DNA of 64,000 nucleotides from Lysobacterales bacterium (GTDB lineage Bacteria; Pseudomonadota; Gammaproteobacteria; Xanthomonadales; SZUA-5): contig JALHMH010000001.1 in assembly GCA_022844165.1 (NCBI GenBank), positions 128,001 to 192,000 on the forward strand, given 5' to 3'. This document shows, one piece after another, positions 1 to 9,899 of the stretch (position 1 is its first letter; every line of letters starts with the position of its first letter). The position numbers were made by a program, and so were the translations under genes. Below the pieces are notes generated by a model. The model did not search any database, was not told the origin of the DNA, and saw only the letters and a list, made by a program, of their open reading frames with translations.

Positions 1-2
1 GT

Positions 3-1040
3 TCGCTTTCGCAAGAAGTGAATATTGAGAGCCTGCTGCAAAAGCTCTTGGGCATCGTGTTAGAGAACGCTGGCGCAGAGTTCGGCGCAATCATCAGTTG
101 TGATGAGGAGGCGCTCGTGGTCGAGGCGCTTGGTCAGTTCGGCGAGGGCCGAATGACCGAATACTCGCGATTGTGCCGCTCCATCAGCGACTTGCGAAAC
201 GAGCCGCCGCAACTGCCGCTGGAACTGATCGAGCACGCCCACCTCACGCGCAGCTTGTTGGTGCTGAACAACCCGGTCGACGATGTGCGATTTTCGGCAA
301 GCGCGTACTTCGAACTGCGCAAGCCGAAGTCTGCGCTGGTGCTACCGGTGCTGATTCAGAGCCGTTTGATCGGATTGCTTTATGCCGAAAACGGCCTGCT
401 TGAGGGCGCATTTACCGAACGCCACGTCAAGACGCTGGAGCTGCTCGGCGCACAGGCCGCGATCTCGTTGGTCAACGCACGTCACGTCGAACAATTGGAA
501 CGCAAGGTCGCCGAACGAACGGACGAACTACGGCGAATGAGCATGAAAGATGGTCTCACCGGCATCGCCAATCGGCGCAGTTTCGACGAACGTCTGGCTG
601 GCGAATGGCGCCGCGCGCAACGAACTGGTAAGCCGGTTTCGCTGATGATGATCGACATCGATCACTTCAAACTGTACAACGACCACTATGGTCATATTGA
701 AGGCGATCGATGTATTCGAGCCGTCGCGCAGTCTTTAGAAGGTGTCATCAACCGCGGCACCGATCTGGTTGCACGCTACGGCGGTGAGGAGTTCGCAGCC
801 ATTTTGCCCGATACCGATCGCGATGCGGCAGGATGGCTCGCGGCTGCCTGCATTCGTGCGATAGGCGATTTGGCACTGCCGCACGCCAAGTCCGGCGCCG
901 GGCCCTTCGTGAGTGTCAGCATCGGCACACACACCGCGATTGCCGAAGGCGACAGCGAATCCTTGTTGTCGCAGGCCGATCGGGCACTGTACGACGCCAA
1001 ACGCGGCGGGCGCAATTGCTGGCGGGCTTTTACGCCCTGA
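3..1040 (+). CDS. GAF-GGDEF diguanylate cyclase, 5'-truncated; probably the C-terminus of a large Ser/Thr kinase-AAA-GAF multidomain protein
   Basis: Frame is open from the window edge (SLSQEVNIESLLQKLL...ENAGA, a typical GAF start in kinase-AAA-GAF proteins). DGLTGIANRR, DIDHFKLYND, I-site RGTD and GGEEF are all present. Confidence 0.9.
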   Translation, partial: SLSQEVNIESLLQKLLGIVLENAGAEFGAIISCDEEALVVEALGQFGEGRMTEYSRLCRSISDLRNEPPQLPLELIEHAHLTRSLLVLNNPVDDVRFSASAYFELRKPKSALVLPVLIQSRLIGLLYAENGLLEGAFTERHVKTLELLGAQAAISLVNARHVEQLERKVAERTDELRRMSMKDGLTGIANRRSFDERLAGEWRRAQRTGKPVSLMMIDIDHFKLYNDHYGHIEGDRCIRAVAQSLEGVINRGTDLVARYGGEEFAAILPDTDRDAAGWLAAACIRAIGDLALPHAKSGAGPFVSVSIGTHTAIAEGDSESLLSQADRALYDAKRGGRNCWRAFTP

Positions 1041-1053
1041 TGCTGCCAACGGA

Positions 1054-1100
1054 CGACGTTGAGAAACGCACAGGAAGTGCGTTTCTCAACAACGTGCTAG
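1054..1100 (+). repeat. Repeat family A, partial copy (3' hairpin); perfect 14-bp stem, may also act as a terminator between convergent genes
   Basis: GTTGAGAAACGCAC-AGGAA-GTGCGTTTCTCAAC at 1058-1090. Positions 1061-1094 are identical to 15168-15201. Confidence 0.85.
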
Positions 1101-3208
1101 ATGCTGATGCTGTTAGGAATCTGCGACGGCAGCTGATACGGATAGGGCATCGGCCTGTCGCGATTGCGTTTGCGAATTTCGATTTCGATGATTGCGAGTG
1201 CATCCTGCAACTGGGCGACGATCGGCTGCACACGCTGATCGGTGAAGTACGGATCGCGCGGATTGTGCTCGTAGCGCCCGAATGTGTCGTACTGCACGCC
1301 GGTCAGCAAATACTCGAAGGTCAAACCGTACAAAGCAACGTCCAACGGCGGGTACCATGGCAGGCAGTCGTCGATGCTGTTCAATACGGTGCTGCGTGTC
1401 GGCAAAGGTCGATACAAGCTGCCGCCCACGCTCGGCACGTACGACATCAGCGGGTACTGTGCATAGTTCACCGAGGCATGTCGCGGACCGGCGGTATACA
1501 AGATCAGACTCACCATCTCGATCAAATAGTCGAGACTATCGATACGCCAGGGGCGCCCGCTGTCGCCGGTCGCAACCAGTCCGTCGAGGCCCTGAAATGC
1601 GCAGTACTGTGGAGCCGTCAGCTCATAGACAAACCCCTGAAGTTCGGCATCGTCGCGCACGTCCTCATCGTTCCGGTAATAGATCCGAAGATAGGCACCG
1701 ACAAAGTCGGTGATGGCCTTCCACAACAGCAGCGTATCGTCTCGGAACGGAAATTGCGGGCAACGGTCTACGCCACGCGATACAAATTCTCGCGTCGGCA
1801 CGTGCGCATCCCAGCGCCACGCGCGGTGCGCCCGCGAGACCATGTCTAAACTCGATTCGATCGCTATGCCAACGTTGCAAGCCACCACGCCGCCGGGGAC
1901 GATCAGGCTATGGATGGCATCGTCGTTGATATTGATCGTAAACCTGAAGTGTGGAATCAGAAGTTTGTACAACGGGTGCAACTCGCTCACCTGCCGGTGC
2001 AACGCGACAATCATCGGCTCGATGATTAAATGGGTATCCCCCAGGTGCGCCACGGCCTCGTGTTGAATCGCGGAGCAGACGTTCACGGTGTACTTCGCGA
2101 TGCGCCACTTCAACAGATTCGCATCGTTACCCCCGGCACAATTGTTCGGCGTATACAGTGGCGCCGCTTCAGCGTCGAACCGCTGAGCAAGCTGTATTGC
2201 GATCGGCTGCAACGCACCGCCTGGCGGATAGCCCGGTGGCGGTGCATCGTTCCAATAGAACAGCGCAATGGGCGCGGTAATGTATCGCTGTTCCCCATGC
2301 AGCGCTTCGGTCTTCGCGCCATCCAACGTGACGTAGTCAACAACGAACAAGCGCCCATCTTGTGCCGCCGTCCTCAGCGAAATGGAGGCATTGCCGCTCA
2401 CGGACTGAAAATGCGCATCCGTGATCGGGAACTTCTTCAGCAGGTCAGGCAATGCAACTGCCTTCGATCCAGCTGTCACTTCAGGAACCACTCCCAAGAG
2501 TTGTGTTGTATTGAATCCAGCAATCTGGAGGTAGCCGAAGAACCAATCCTGTTCGCTGGGTTCGCCCGCCGGCATCCAGGCCTGGCGCTCAATCGTCAGC
2601 GCCGCCGGTTTGGGCAGCTTGGGATACAACTTCGCATAGTCGGCGATCGATTCTGGATGCAAATAAGCGCGACCATGTGCGCCGTTGAGCAAATCGTAGG
2701 CGGTGGACTTGAGTATTGCTGTCGGGCCCTCGGCCAGCACTTCTTTGAAAACTCTGTCGAGCCCCGTGATCATCGCTTCGATGTCTTTGGGAATGTTGCT
2801 TAGCGATCGCAGCGCCTCCGGCAGCTCGGACAAGGACTTCAAGAACGCCTTCATATTCTTCGCGTCGCGAACGGGATGCAGCGCGCTGAACTCTTCATCG
2901 AGCTTTTTCCATGCCGCCTGGATGTCGGCGAAAGCCTGTGTCGCGAGGTCGCCTTTCAGTTCCCGCTCGAGCAACATCTCGATGACGCATTTGAAATTCT
3001 CGAGCATCGGGCCGAACACTTTCAGCACCTGCGTTTCGTAGTCCAGCGTAAATTTTTCGGTACGCGGCAGATCTGCGGACATCGGCACGGAGTTCAAATA
3101 ACTCGTCATGTAGTTGTAGTTGGTCCGCGCCATCGACAACTGAAATGCGCGCGCTTGTTGCGCCTCAGGCGAGTCATGTTGCGGCAATGTTGGCAGTAGG
3201 TTCGACAT
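1097..3208 (-). CDS. Lipoxygenase
   Basis: QHEAVAHLGDTHL, HPLYKLLIPH, FPFRDD, RHASVNYAQY and C-terminal IPNSISI. Likely start is MSNLLPTLPQHD at 3208. Confidence 0.92.
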   Translation of the reverse strand: MSNLLPTLPQHDSPEAQQARAFQLSMARTNYNYMTSYLNSVPMSADLPRTEKFTLDYETQVLKVFGPMLENFKCVIEMLLERELKGDLATQAFADIQAAWKKLDEEFSALHPVRDAKNMKAFLKSLSELPEALRSLSNIPKDIEAMITGLDRVFKEVLAEGPTAILKSTAYDLLNGAHGRAYLHPESIADYAKLYPKLPKPAALTIERQAWMPAGEPSEQDWFFGYLQIAGFNTTQLLGVVPEVTAGSKAVALPDLLKKFPITDAHFQSVSGNASISLRTAAQDGRLFVVDYVTLDGAKTEALHGEQRYITAPIALFYWNDAPPPGYPPGGALQPIAIQLAQRFDAEAAPLYTPNNCAGGNDANLLKWRIAKYTVNVCSAIQHEAVAHLGDTHLIIEPMIVALHRQVSELHPLYKLLIPHFRFTININDDAIHSLIVPGGVVACNVGIAIESSLDMVSRAHRAWRWDAHVPTREFVSRGVDRCPQFPFRDDTLLLWKAITDFVGAYLRIYYRNDEDVRDDAELQGFVYELTAPQYCAFQGLDGLVATGDSGRPWRIDSLDYLIEMVSLILYTAGPRHASVNYAQYPLMSYVPSVGGSLYRPLPTRSTVLNSIDDCLPWYPPLDVALYGLTFEYLLTGVQYDTFGRYEHNPRDPYFTDQRVQPIVAQLQDALAIIEIEIRKRNRDRPMPYPYQLPSQIPNSISI

Positions 3209-3369
3209 CGGTTTCCCCCTTAGAAGCACGATCGAAGCACAGAACCCTAACCGCTCATCATCACGACCGCAATGCAAGCTTCAATCCTTGACGATTCCAG
3301 TACGGCGCAGCCGCGTGCGCGTACTGGCCTGGCCTGCGGGCAAGCGCAGCAGAGGGGCGCGGTCGGCAG

Positions 3370-3906
3370 TTAGGGGACGGTCTGTTGCCAAGCGCGTCGA
3401 TCGATGCGGTAGAACGCGGTCGGTTGCCATGCTCCTCCCGAGAAGCGCGATTCGACGCGATCAAATTCTCCACCGATTTTCTCCATCGCTCGCCGCGAAC
3501 GCAGATTGTCGATGCCGATGTGGAACCAGACACGGTCGACATATTCGAAAGCTTGGTCGAGCATCATTTTCTTGAGCTCCGCATTCGCCGCACCGCCCCA
3601 CAAGTGGCGCGCCAGGAACGTATAGCCAATAGCCACCTCGCGCAGCTCCGGCCGCCATTCGTAGTAGCGCGAACTGCCGACAATCGCGCCACTTTCCCGT
3701 TCAATGACGATGAGTGCGCCATCACCGCACGCCTTGGCGAAAAAACCACTGAACACGGCCTGCTGCCAACGCAGTGGTTCCGGATGCAAGGCCCAGATGC
3801 CAGGGTCGCGGGCAACCGCGTACAGCGCCTGGAAATCGTCGCTGGTCAGAGGTCTTAAGAACAATCGTTCAGATGTTGCATGGAGTTGTTGCCACCCGGC
3901 AATCAT
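3370..3906 (-). CDS. GNAT family N-acetyltransferase (RimJ/RimL-like)
   Basis: RLFLRPL, IGYTFLAR..WGG..N.ELK, NLRSRRAMEKIG. Confidence 0.85.
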   Translation of the reverse strand: MIAGWQQLHATSERLFLRPLTSDDFQALYAVARDPGIWALHPEPLRWQQAVFSGFFAKACGDGALIVIERESGAIVGSSRYYEWRPELREVAIGYTFLARHLWGGAANAELKKMMLDQAFEYVDRVWFHIGIDNLRSRRAMEKIGGEFDRVESRFSGGAWQPTAFYRIDRRAWQQTVP

Positions 3907-5000
3907 GGCTGCACCGGCTCTGGCGCGCCGCGCATGAAATAGACTCCAAAAAATCCGCGTTGCGTCTCAACGCGTACGCGTTGTCCGGTTTGCAGCCTGG
4001 CAAACTCGCCTGCACTCAGACGATAGCGGTTCGCCGGCACCTGACCCTCGTGCAGCAGCGGCAACTCGACGAAATACGACGAACCGCGGCGACGCTTGCG
4101 TCGCGATTGCTCACGCACGACGGCCACCGCCGTCACCTCCTCAGTGAACGCTGGCGCCGAAGCCAGCGCAACATTGAGCAGGCCGGCACTGATCGAGCAG
4201 ATCACAACAAAACTCGTAAAGCCAACGAGCGCCAGATCGATCAGCACCGGCCTGGCGCGGGCACTGTCTTTGATCCACTGTGCGGCGAACCACCACAACA
4301 CTGCGCCGATCAGGACGGACACCAACGACGCCGTGGCATACAGACCAAATCCCTGCGCATGTTGCGGAAATTTAGGCACCACATGAGCAAAAAACATCAA
4401 CACCGCAGTGACGCCCAGGCCGCCGGACAAGGCCAGCAAGATCAGTGCCCGTCCATAGTGAAACAGGCTGCGCTCGTGTTTGCCGTTGAGCGAATCCGGG
4501 ATGCTGTCCAGCAGTGCGATCAGTGGTTGCGCCAGTCGTTGACTTAACGCTTCGCCATCCGTCTGTTTCTTGGGGCCGCTCAGGCTTATCCACAGCCGCC
4601 CGTCGTAGGCCGACAATCGGTGCGCGCCAGCGTCGAAAATCTCGCCGATGGCGGCGCGCGCAACAGAATTGTTGCGCAGCCAGTGCGTAACACGTGGATC
4701 ATCGGTTTCAAATAGCAACAGCCGGTCAAGCGCACGGTCGCCGCAAGTCGCATCGCGGCCGATGTTCATGGACGCCAGAAATCGCGCAAAGGCATCTTCC
4801 TTCTGGATCCGCAATTCGAGCCCGCGACTACCAGACAACCCAAGTTCTAATGTGGTCGACGATTTGTGGTGCCGCAAACTACGCTCGAAACCTCGCCCTT
4901 GCAGCACCATTGCTTCACCGCGAAACGCACGCTGTTTGCGCAATTTCAACATCAACCAGGTGCTGGCAATCAGCGCCACTATCCCGAAAAAGAGGACCAT
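3903..5000 (-). CDS. Hypothetical membrane protein
   Basis: N-terminal TM segment plus 3 C-terminal TM segments. Stop overlaps the GNAT start (ATGA). Start set to MVLFFG. Confidence 0.7.
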   Translation of the reverse strand: MVLFFGIVALIASTWLMLKLRKQRAFRGEAMVLQGRGFERSLRHHKSSTTLELGLSGSRGLELRIQKEDAFARFLASMNIGRDATCGDRALDRLLLFETDDPRVTHWLRNNSVARAAIGEIFDAGAHRLSAYDGRLWISLSGPKKQTDGEALSQRLAQPLIALLDSIPDSLNGKHERSLFHYGRALILLALSGGLGVTAVLMFFAHVVPKFPQHAQGFGLYATASLVSVLIGAVLWWFAAQWIKDSARARPVLIDLALVGFTSFVVICSISAGLLNVALASAPAFTEEVTAVAVVREQSRRKRRRGSSYFVELPLLHEGQVPANRYRLSAGEFARLQTGQRVRVETQRGFFGVYFMRGAPEPVQP

Positions 5001-5079
5001 CGTGAATTCTCGCGACCAAGAGCGCAGAGCATAATGCGAACTCGCAACACACCGCTGGACGTCTCCACAGGCACACCCA

Positions 5080-5901
5080 ATGTCCATTCGTATCGACCGG
5101 GCGCTGACACAAATCGACGGCGCCTGGGTACACCATCGCGAAGCAGGCGCCGGGTGCCAGGTGCTGCTGCTCCATCAGTCGCCGCAGCACAGCGCAGCAC
5201 TGTTGCCGCTGTTCGAGGCCTTGGGCCATTCGGCCCACATCATGGCACCTGACCTGCCTGGTTATGGCCTGAGTGATCTTCCACCCGGGAGAATCAGCGT
5301 CCAGTCAATGGCGATGCACCTGGTCAAGTGGCTAGAAGAGCGTGGCTTGTGTCCGACGATTGTCTACGGAATCCACACGGGCGCGCTCGTAGCCCTGGAA
5401 CTGGCAGCAGCGATTCGGCCGGAGTCGATGGTTTTGGATGGTCTGCCGCTGTTTACCGCTGATGAGCGCAAGCAACTGGGCGAACATTATTTTCCCGATC
5501 TGACACCAGTGGCAGACGGAACACATCTGGTGACTTTGTGGCGGAGGTTCTACGACCAGTTTCGCTACTTTCCCTGGTATGCAACAGATCGGCCGTTTCC
5601 CGGTCGAGGCGCGCCTGACCCGGCAGCCGTTCAGGCCGCGATTGACGAGGCTATGATCAGTGGTGGGCGCTGTTGGGCCGGCTATCGGGCCGCAATTGCC
5701 TACGAACTTGTTTCGGCGCGCGTTGCACAACTCCGAGGCTCGGTCACACTGCTGTACCGCCCCGATGACCCGTTGCACGCGCACCGATTGAAACTTCCGA
5801 AACTGCCAGCCAATATTTGCGTCTCCGAAGACGGCGACGCATTGCGACATCTGCGTCTGGCCCTCGCCGCAGGCCATCACTCGCGGAATCACGATCAATG
5901 A
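5080..5901 (+). CDS. Alpha/beta fold hydrolase-like protein with an atypical nucleophile elbow (GIHTG)
   Basis: LLLHQSP, APDLPGYGLSD, VYGIHTGAL. Confidence 0.8.
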   Translation: MSIRIDRALTQIDGAWVHHREAGAGCQVLLLHQSPQHSAALLPLFEALGHSAHIMAPDLPGYGLSDLPPGRISVQSMAMHLVKWLEERGLCPTIVYGIHTGALVALELAAAIRPESMVLDGLPLFTADERKQLGEHYFPDLTPVADGTHLVTLWRRFYDQFRYFPWYATDRPFPGRGAPDPAAVQAAIDEAMISGGRCWAGYRAAIAYELVSARVAQLRGSVTLLYRPDDPLHAHRLKLPKLPANICVSEDGDALRHLRLALAAGHHSRNHDQ

Positions 5902-6482
5902 CCGAAATCACGCCGCCGCACTCAATCCCAGGTCGCTCACACATTGGCGACCGGGAACCCTTCCTCGGCATCCTTGGTCGCAATACGGCTGACTATTCGA
6001 TTATGGCGGCGCAACGGCACCACGTCGCATTGAGCCAGATGGCGGACAACAAGGCCAATATCATCATTACGGTATCGTCGATCGTGTTAACGCTATCGCT
6101 GGGTCGCATGAACGATCCTGAATTGCGCGCAAGCATGTTGACGCTGGCGGGCTTTACGTTAATCGCGCTGCTTTTGGCCATTCTGGCCGTTTTGCCAAAG
6201 TACCGGCCGATGCGCTTGAGTAATACGCGAGACTTGCCTCCACACTTCAACATCATGTTTTTCGCGCACTTTGCGGAGCTTCCGCGCGACGAATTCATGC
6301 GTCGCTGGGCAGATGCCCTGCGCACGGATGCCGCGGTCTACGAAAACTTGGCAAATGATCTTTATTCCATAGGCACGTATTTGTCGCGTCACAAATACCG
6401 CTACTTGCGAATCTCGTACGTGTTCTTTCTGACCGGGTTTTTGCTGGCAGCCATCGAGCAAGTCATACGGTTTGCCTTCTGA
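5898..6482 (+). CDS. Pycsar-type membrane effector family protein (DUF5706-like)
   Basis: LSQMADNKANIII, two TM helices, NIMFFAHF, DLYSIG..L..KYRYLRISY, C-terminal TM. ATG overlaps the hydrolase stop. Confidence 0.8.
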   Translation: MTEITPPHSIPGRSHIGDREPFLGILGRNTADYSIMAAQRHHVALSQMADNKANIIITVSSIVLTLSLGRMNDPELRASMLTLAGFTLIALLLAILAVLPKYRPMRLSNTRDLPPHFNIMFFAHFAELPRDEFMRRWADALRTDAAVYENLANDLYSIGTYLSRHKYRYLRISYVFFLTGFLLAAIEQVIRFAF

Positions 6483-6489
6483 GGACGTC

Positions 6490-6517
6490 AAAAAGCCCGC
6501 CATGGGCGGGCTCTTTT
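6490..6517. terminator. Bidirectional rho-independent terminator
   Basis: AAAA-AGCCCGCC-ATG-GGCGGGCT-CTTTT between convergent genes. Confidence 0.85.
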
Positions 6518-6532
6518 ACGTTGCGCCTTGCG

Positions 6533-6874
6533 CTACTTGATGAGCAGATCGTCGAGCGATTTGCCGGCGGCAACTGCATCGCGAAACCAGTGCGGCTGTT
6601 TGCCACGGCCGGTCCAGGTTTGCAGGTGATTGATCGGATTTCGGTACTTCGGAGCCACCATTCGCTTGGCTTCGGCTGAACTGGCCAGCGCGGCTCGCGG
6701 ACCACGACCGGCGAAGAGCTCGTAAATATCGAACCCGGCTTCCTTGGCCTGCGCTTCAAGATTGCGTCGCACTTCGGCGAACTGTTGCTTTTTCAGGACT
6801 TCAATGCGTGCGCGCGCCGCAACTGCCAGCTGCTCCAGCTCCGAAATGGACAGGCCGCTAATATCAATCGACAT
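6533..6874 (-). CDS. hns: H-NS family nucleoid-associated protein
   Basis: VAPKYRNP..TWTGRGKQPHW DNA-binding motif, N-terminal coiled coil, AT-rich upstream region. Confidence 0.9.
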   Translation of the reverse strand: MSIDISGLSISELEQLAVAARARIEVLKKQQFAEVRRNLEAQAKEAGFDIYELFAGRGPRAALASSAEAKRMVAPKYRNPINHLQTWTGRGKQPHWFRDAVAAGKSLDDLLIK

Positions 6875-7066
6875 CGTTTCGCCTCTCTTTTATATGGGTG
6901 ACGCCACGTAGGATGCCAATACTCTTTGATTATTGCAATAAACAAACCTGTCTGATGCCTTTCCGATTAACTTCCCAACGCGTTCCTCTCTCCACGGCGG
7001 TTTGAATACCGGCACCGAGTGGGCGCAGGGAAAGGTGGACGATGCGTAGTGACGCAGAGATATCAA

Positions 7067-7136
7067 CTAACGAGGCTGCGCCCCAGACCGCCGAGCATTG
7101 TAGGCTTCACCAGACACCGTACTTGCCAAAACCCCC
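7067..7136. repeat. Repeat family B, copy 1 (intergenic)
   Basis: Aligns without gaps to 58067-58136; 58/70 identical by hand count. Confidence 0.85.
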
Positions 7137-7299
7137 ATTGAACGCTATGCGCTCAATCGCCCTCTTGTACTCAAGGGGGCTTCAACAACCAAAGCCGCTG
7201 CGTAGAAAATTTGACTCAACTGTACAGATCCGGCGCCGTCAAGGGCTGTAGACAGGCAAGCTAGCGCCGCTCTACGCAGCCGCAGGCTTGCACAGCAGG

Positions 7300-8154
7300 T
7301 TATTCAAGCCGATCTCCAAGCACCGTTCGAACCTCCAATAGCTCAGGGAAAAACGTCAGGTCCAGGGCCTTTCGCAGAAAGGCGACACCTGAAGAACCGC
7401 CGGTCCCGCGCCGATAGCCGATGATTCGCTCCACCGTTTTCATATGCCGAAACCGCCAGAGTTGAAAGCTCTCTTCAACGTCCACCAACTGCTCGCACAG
7501 ATGATAGGCAGACCAGTGTGCGTCAGGCTTCTCGTAGATCGCTTTGAGCACTGGAATCAGCTCGGGCACGCGCTCGTGTGGTTGAGAAAAGTCGCGACTC
7601 ACACATCGATCTGGAATAGGGTGACCAACCCGGTACAAATGCATCAAGAACTCGTCGTACAGGCTGGGGGCGTGCAATGCCTCGACAAGATTGGCGTAGC
7701 TGACCGGGTCATGTGCGAATACCGCCAACATGTCGCCGTTTTTGTTACCCAATAGAAACTCGATCCAGCGATACTGGACCGACTGAAAGCCGCTGGCGGG
7801 CCCAAGTACATGGCGAAACGCCATGTATTCGCTGGGCGTGAGGGTCTCAAGCACTGCCCATTGCTCAAAAAGCTGCCGCTGTATGTGCTTGACGCGCGCC
7901 AGTATCTTCAAACACGGCCCAAGATCATCGCCGCGCAGTTTGGCAATCGCCGCGTGCAGCTCGTGTATCACGAGCTTCATCCAAAGTTCGCTGGTCTGAT
8001 GCTGGATGATGAACAGCATTTCGTCGTGGTGCATTGGCGACGAGAGTGGGTTCTGAGCACCCAGCAAACGATCGAGTTGCAAGTAGCCACCGTAACTCAA
8101 CCGTTCCCGCAGATCAGTGGTGATCTCGGCTTCCAGCGCACGCCGGTTGCTCAT
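7300..8154 (-). CDS. kynA: Tryptophan 2,3-dioxygenase
   Basis: [41 protein letters not shown]. Confidence 0.95.
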   Translation of the reverse strand: MSNRRALEAEITTDLRERLSYGGYLQLDRLLGAQNPLSSPMHHDEMLFIIQHQTSELWMKLVIHELHAAIAKLRGDDLGPCLKILARVKHIQRQLFEQWAVLETLTPSEYMAFRHVLGPASGFQSVQYRWIEFLLGNKNGDMLAVFAHDPVSYANLVEALHAPSLYDEFLMHLYRVGHPIPDRCVSRDFSQPHERVPELIPVLKAIYEKPDAHWSAYHLCEQLVDVEESFQLWRFRHMKTVERIIGYRRGTGGSSGVAFLRKALDLTFFPELLEVRTVLGDRLE

Positions 8155-8381
8155 GCGGTTTGCCCAAGCAGGCTCTTGACGAACGCCGAGATCTCGTCTT
8201 TGCTGCCGTAGATCTTGGTGTGCGAATCTCTCCCGAGATTAGTGCCGACCGCGACCGAATATTCCATTCCCGCTGCGTTGCCTTCTTCATCCAGTTTCGC
8301 GAACGACTCGATCCGTCCTATGAAAACCACTTTAGATGCATCGATAAACCCGCCTTGCGGCAGCCTAATCCAGCGTTGCAT
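8151..8381 (-). CDS. Small hypothetical protein, translationally coupled to kynA
   Basis: [11 protein letters not shown]... preceded by a GAGG RBS; TGA overlaps the kynA ATG. Confidence 0.65.
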   Translation of the reverse strand: MQRWIRLPQGGFIDASKVVFIGRIESFAKLDEEGNAAGMEYSVAVGTNLGRDSHTKIYGSKDEISAFVKSLLGQTA

Positions 8382-8532
8382 GTTCGCCTCGAAGAAGATG
8401 GCCCTTGACATGCTGAGTGTAACTAAGTTGCAGGGCGTCTGGGGGCGCGACTGAGAGGCCAGCATTCGTGCTTCAGCCTGGGCTGGCCCGCATCTTGCCA
8501 GAATCTGCGGACCACCCCGTCAGGAATGTCCG

Positions 8533-9360
8533 ATGAGAAACCAACTTCTGTACCTCATTCTTCTGGCTGCTGCCAGCGCAAACGCCGAGATGATCATCGC
8601 GCCGGGACTGGATATCGATGCCGGCGCGCGTTACGTGCAAATTCCGTCGGGTATGAGCGTGGGTGTGATCGACACTGGATCGGGATCGGTCCGGTTGGCG
8701 GAAAACGCCGGGGCCCAACGGATCGATACCGGCAGCGGCGATGTGCGCCTCGGTGCCGAGGCGGTCAGTGGCGATATCGATACGGGATCTGGATCTGTGT
8801 CCCTCGATGTGGGCGCACGAGCGGGAATGATCGACACCGGCAGCGGCAGCGTGGATCTTGCTGATCGCGCTGCAAGCGGCGGCATCGATACCGGCAGCGG
8901 CAGCGTCGACATCGGCGTACAGGCGACGGTCGATGGTGACATCGATACCGGTTCGGGTTCTGTGCGGATCAAAGAGGGTTCGCGAGTCAATGGCAAGATC
9001 GATACCGGGAGCGGCGACGTGGACCTGCGTGGAGTGATCGTCAAAGGCCCCGTCGATGTCGGCAGTGGCAACATTCGCCTGGCGGATGTTGCGGCCGAAA
9101 GCCTGGCGGTGACCAGTGGCGATATCACGTTATCGGGTTCCACCCGAATCGCTGGCGAGTTGCGAATTCGCAAACGTAAGTGTTGGGGTCTTTGCTGGGG
9201 CGGCAGAGACCCGGTGGTACGCGTTGGCCCAGGTGTTGTGATCGACGGCAAGATTATCGTGGAAGATGGCGCCAAAGCCGACATTTCCGTCGATCCTGCG
9301 GCGAAGGTTGGTGGCGTTATTGGCGCCACGGTGCGTGGTCTGGCGGAGCGAAACGAGTGA
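8533..9360 (+). CDS. Secreted beta-strand repeat protein (DUF4097/adhesin-like)
   Basis: Signal peptide; about 7 tandem IDTGSG(S/D)V repeats spaced 19-21 aa apart. Confidence 0.8.
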   Translation: MRNQLLYLILLAAASANAEMIIAPGLDIDAGARYVQIPSGMSVGVIDTGSGSVRLAENAGAQRIDTGSGDVRLGAEAVSGDIDTGSGSVSLDVGARAGMIDTGSGSVDLADRAASGGIDTGSGSVDIGVQATVDGDIDTGSGSVRIKEGSRVNGKIDTGSGDVDLRGVIVKGPVDVGSGNIRLADVAAESLAVTSGDITLSGSTRIAGELRIRKRKCWGLCWGGRDPVVRVGPGVVIDGKIIVEDGAKADISVDPAAKVGGVIGATVRGLAERNE

Positions 9361-9899
9361 GTCTCGGCGAAGCGGACGTCATCGAAGCAACGCGTCGCTG
9401 GATCGAGCGCGCGGTCATTGGATTGTCCCTGTGCCCCTTCGCGCGCAAACCCTATGAGCAAGACAGCGTGCGCATCGCGCTTAGCGATGCGCGCGATGCG
9501 GACGCGTTACTGCAGGCGCTCAGCGACGAGTTGACGCATCTTGTCAACTCCTCGCCGGCCAGTTGCGAGACAACGCTGCTGGTACATCCACTGGCGATGA
9601 CTGATTTTCTTGACTTCAACGACTTCCTGGAATTGGCAGATGCGTGTGTGGCAGCCATGGGACTTGAAGGCGAAGTGCAGGTAGCCAGCTTTCACCCCGA
9701 TTTTGTGTTTGCCGATGAAGCACCCGACGACGTCAGCAACGCAACCAATCGATCGCCGTACCCGACCCTGCACTTGTTGCGCGAAGCCAGCGTCGCACGC
9801 GCGGTCGACTCGCTCGCCGATCCGGATGTCGTTTATCAGCGCAACATTGCAAGCCTGCGCGCGCTCGGATGGGAGGGATTTCGTCGGGCGACAGGTTAG
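9357..9899 (+). CDS. DUF1415 family protein
   Basis: VIGLSLCPFA, QVASFHPD, TNRSPYPTLHLLRE. GTG start overlaps the upstream stop. Confidence 0.88.
   Translation: MSLGEADVIEATRRWIERAVIGLSLCPFARKPYEQDSVRIALSDARDADALLQALSDELTHLVNSSPASCETTLLVHPLAMTDFLDFNDFLELADACVAAMGLEGEVQVASFHPDFVFADEAPDDVSNATNRSPYPTLHLLREASVARAVDSLADPDVVYQRNIASLRALGWEGFRRATG

Noticed and set aside
3-1040. GGDEF protein as the cyclase partner of the Pycsar-type effector
   Set aside because: It is a canonical diguanylate cyclase about 5 kb away, separated by opposite-strand genes, with no evidence of linkage.
7067-7136. CTAAC/GTTAG ends of the repeat families as integron attC sites
   Set aside because: No paired R''/R' boxes enclosing a long palindrome, no cassette array and no integron integrase.
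8660-9125. Periodic ATCGATACCGGCAGCGGC-like repeats about 57-63 bp apart, superficially CRISPR-like
   Set aside because: They vary at synonymous positions and encode the IDTGSG protein repeats. No cas genes are present.
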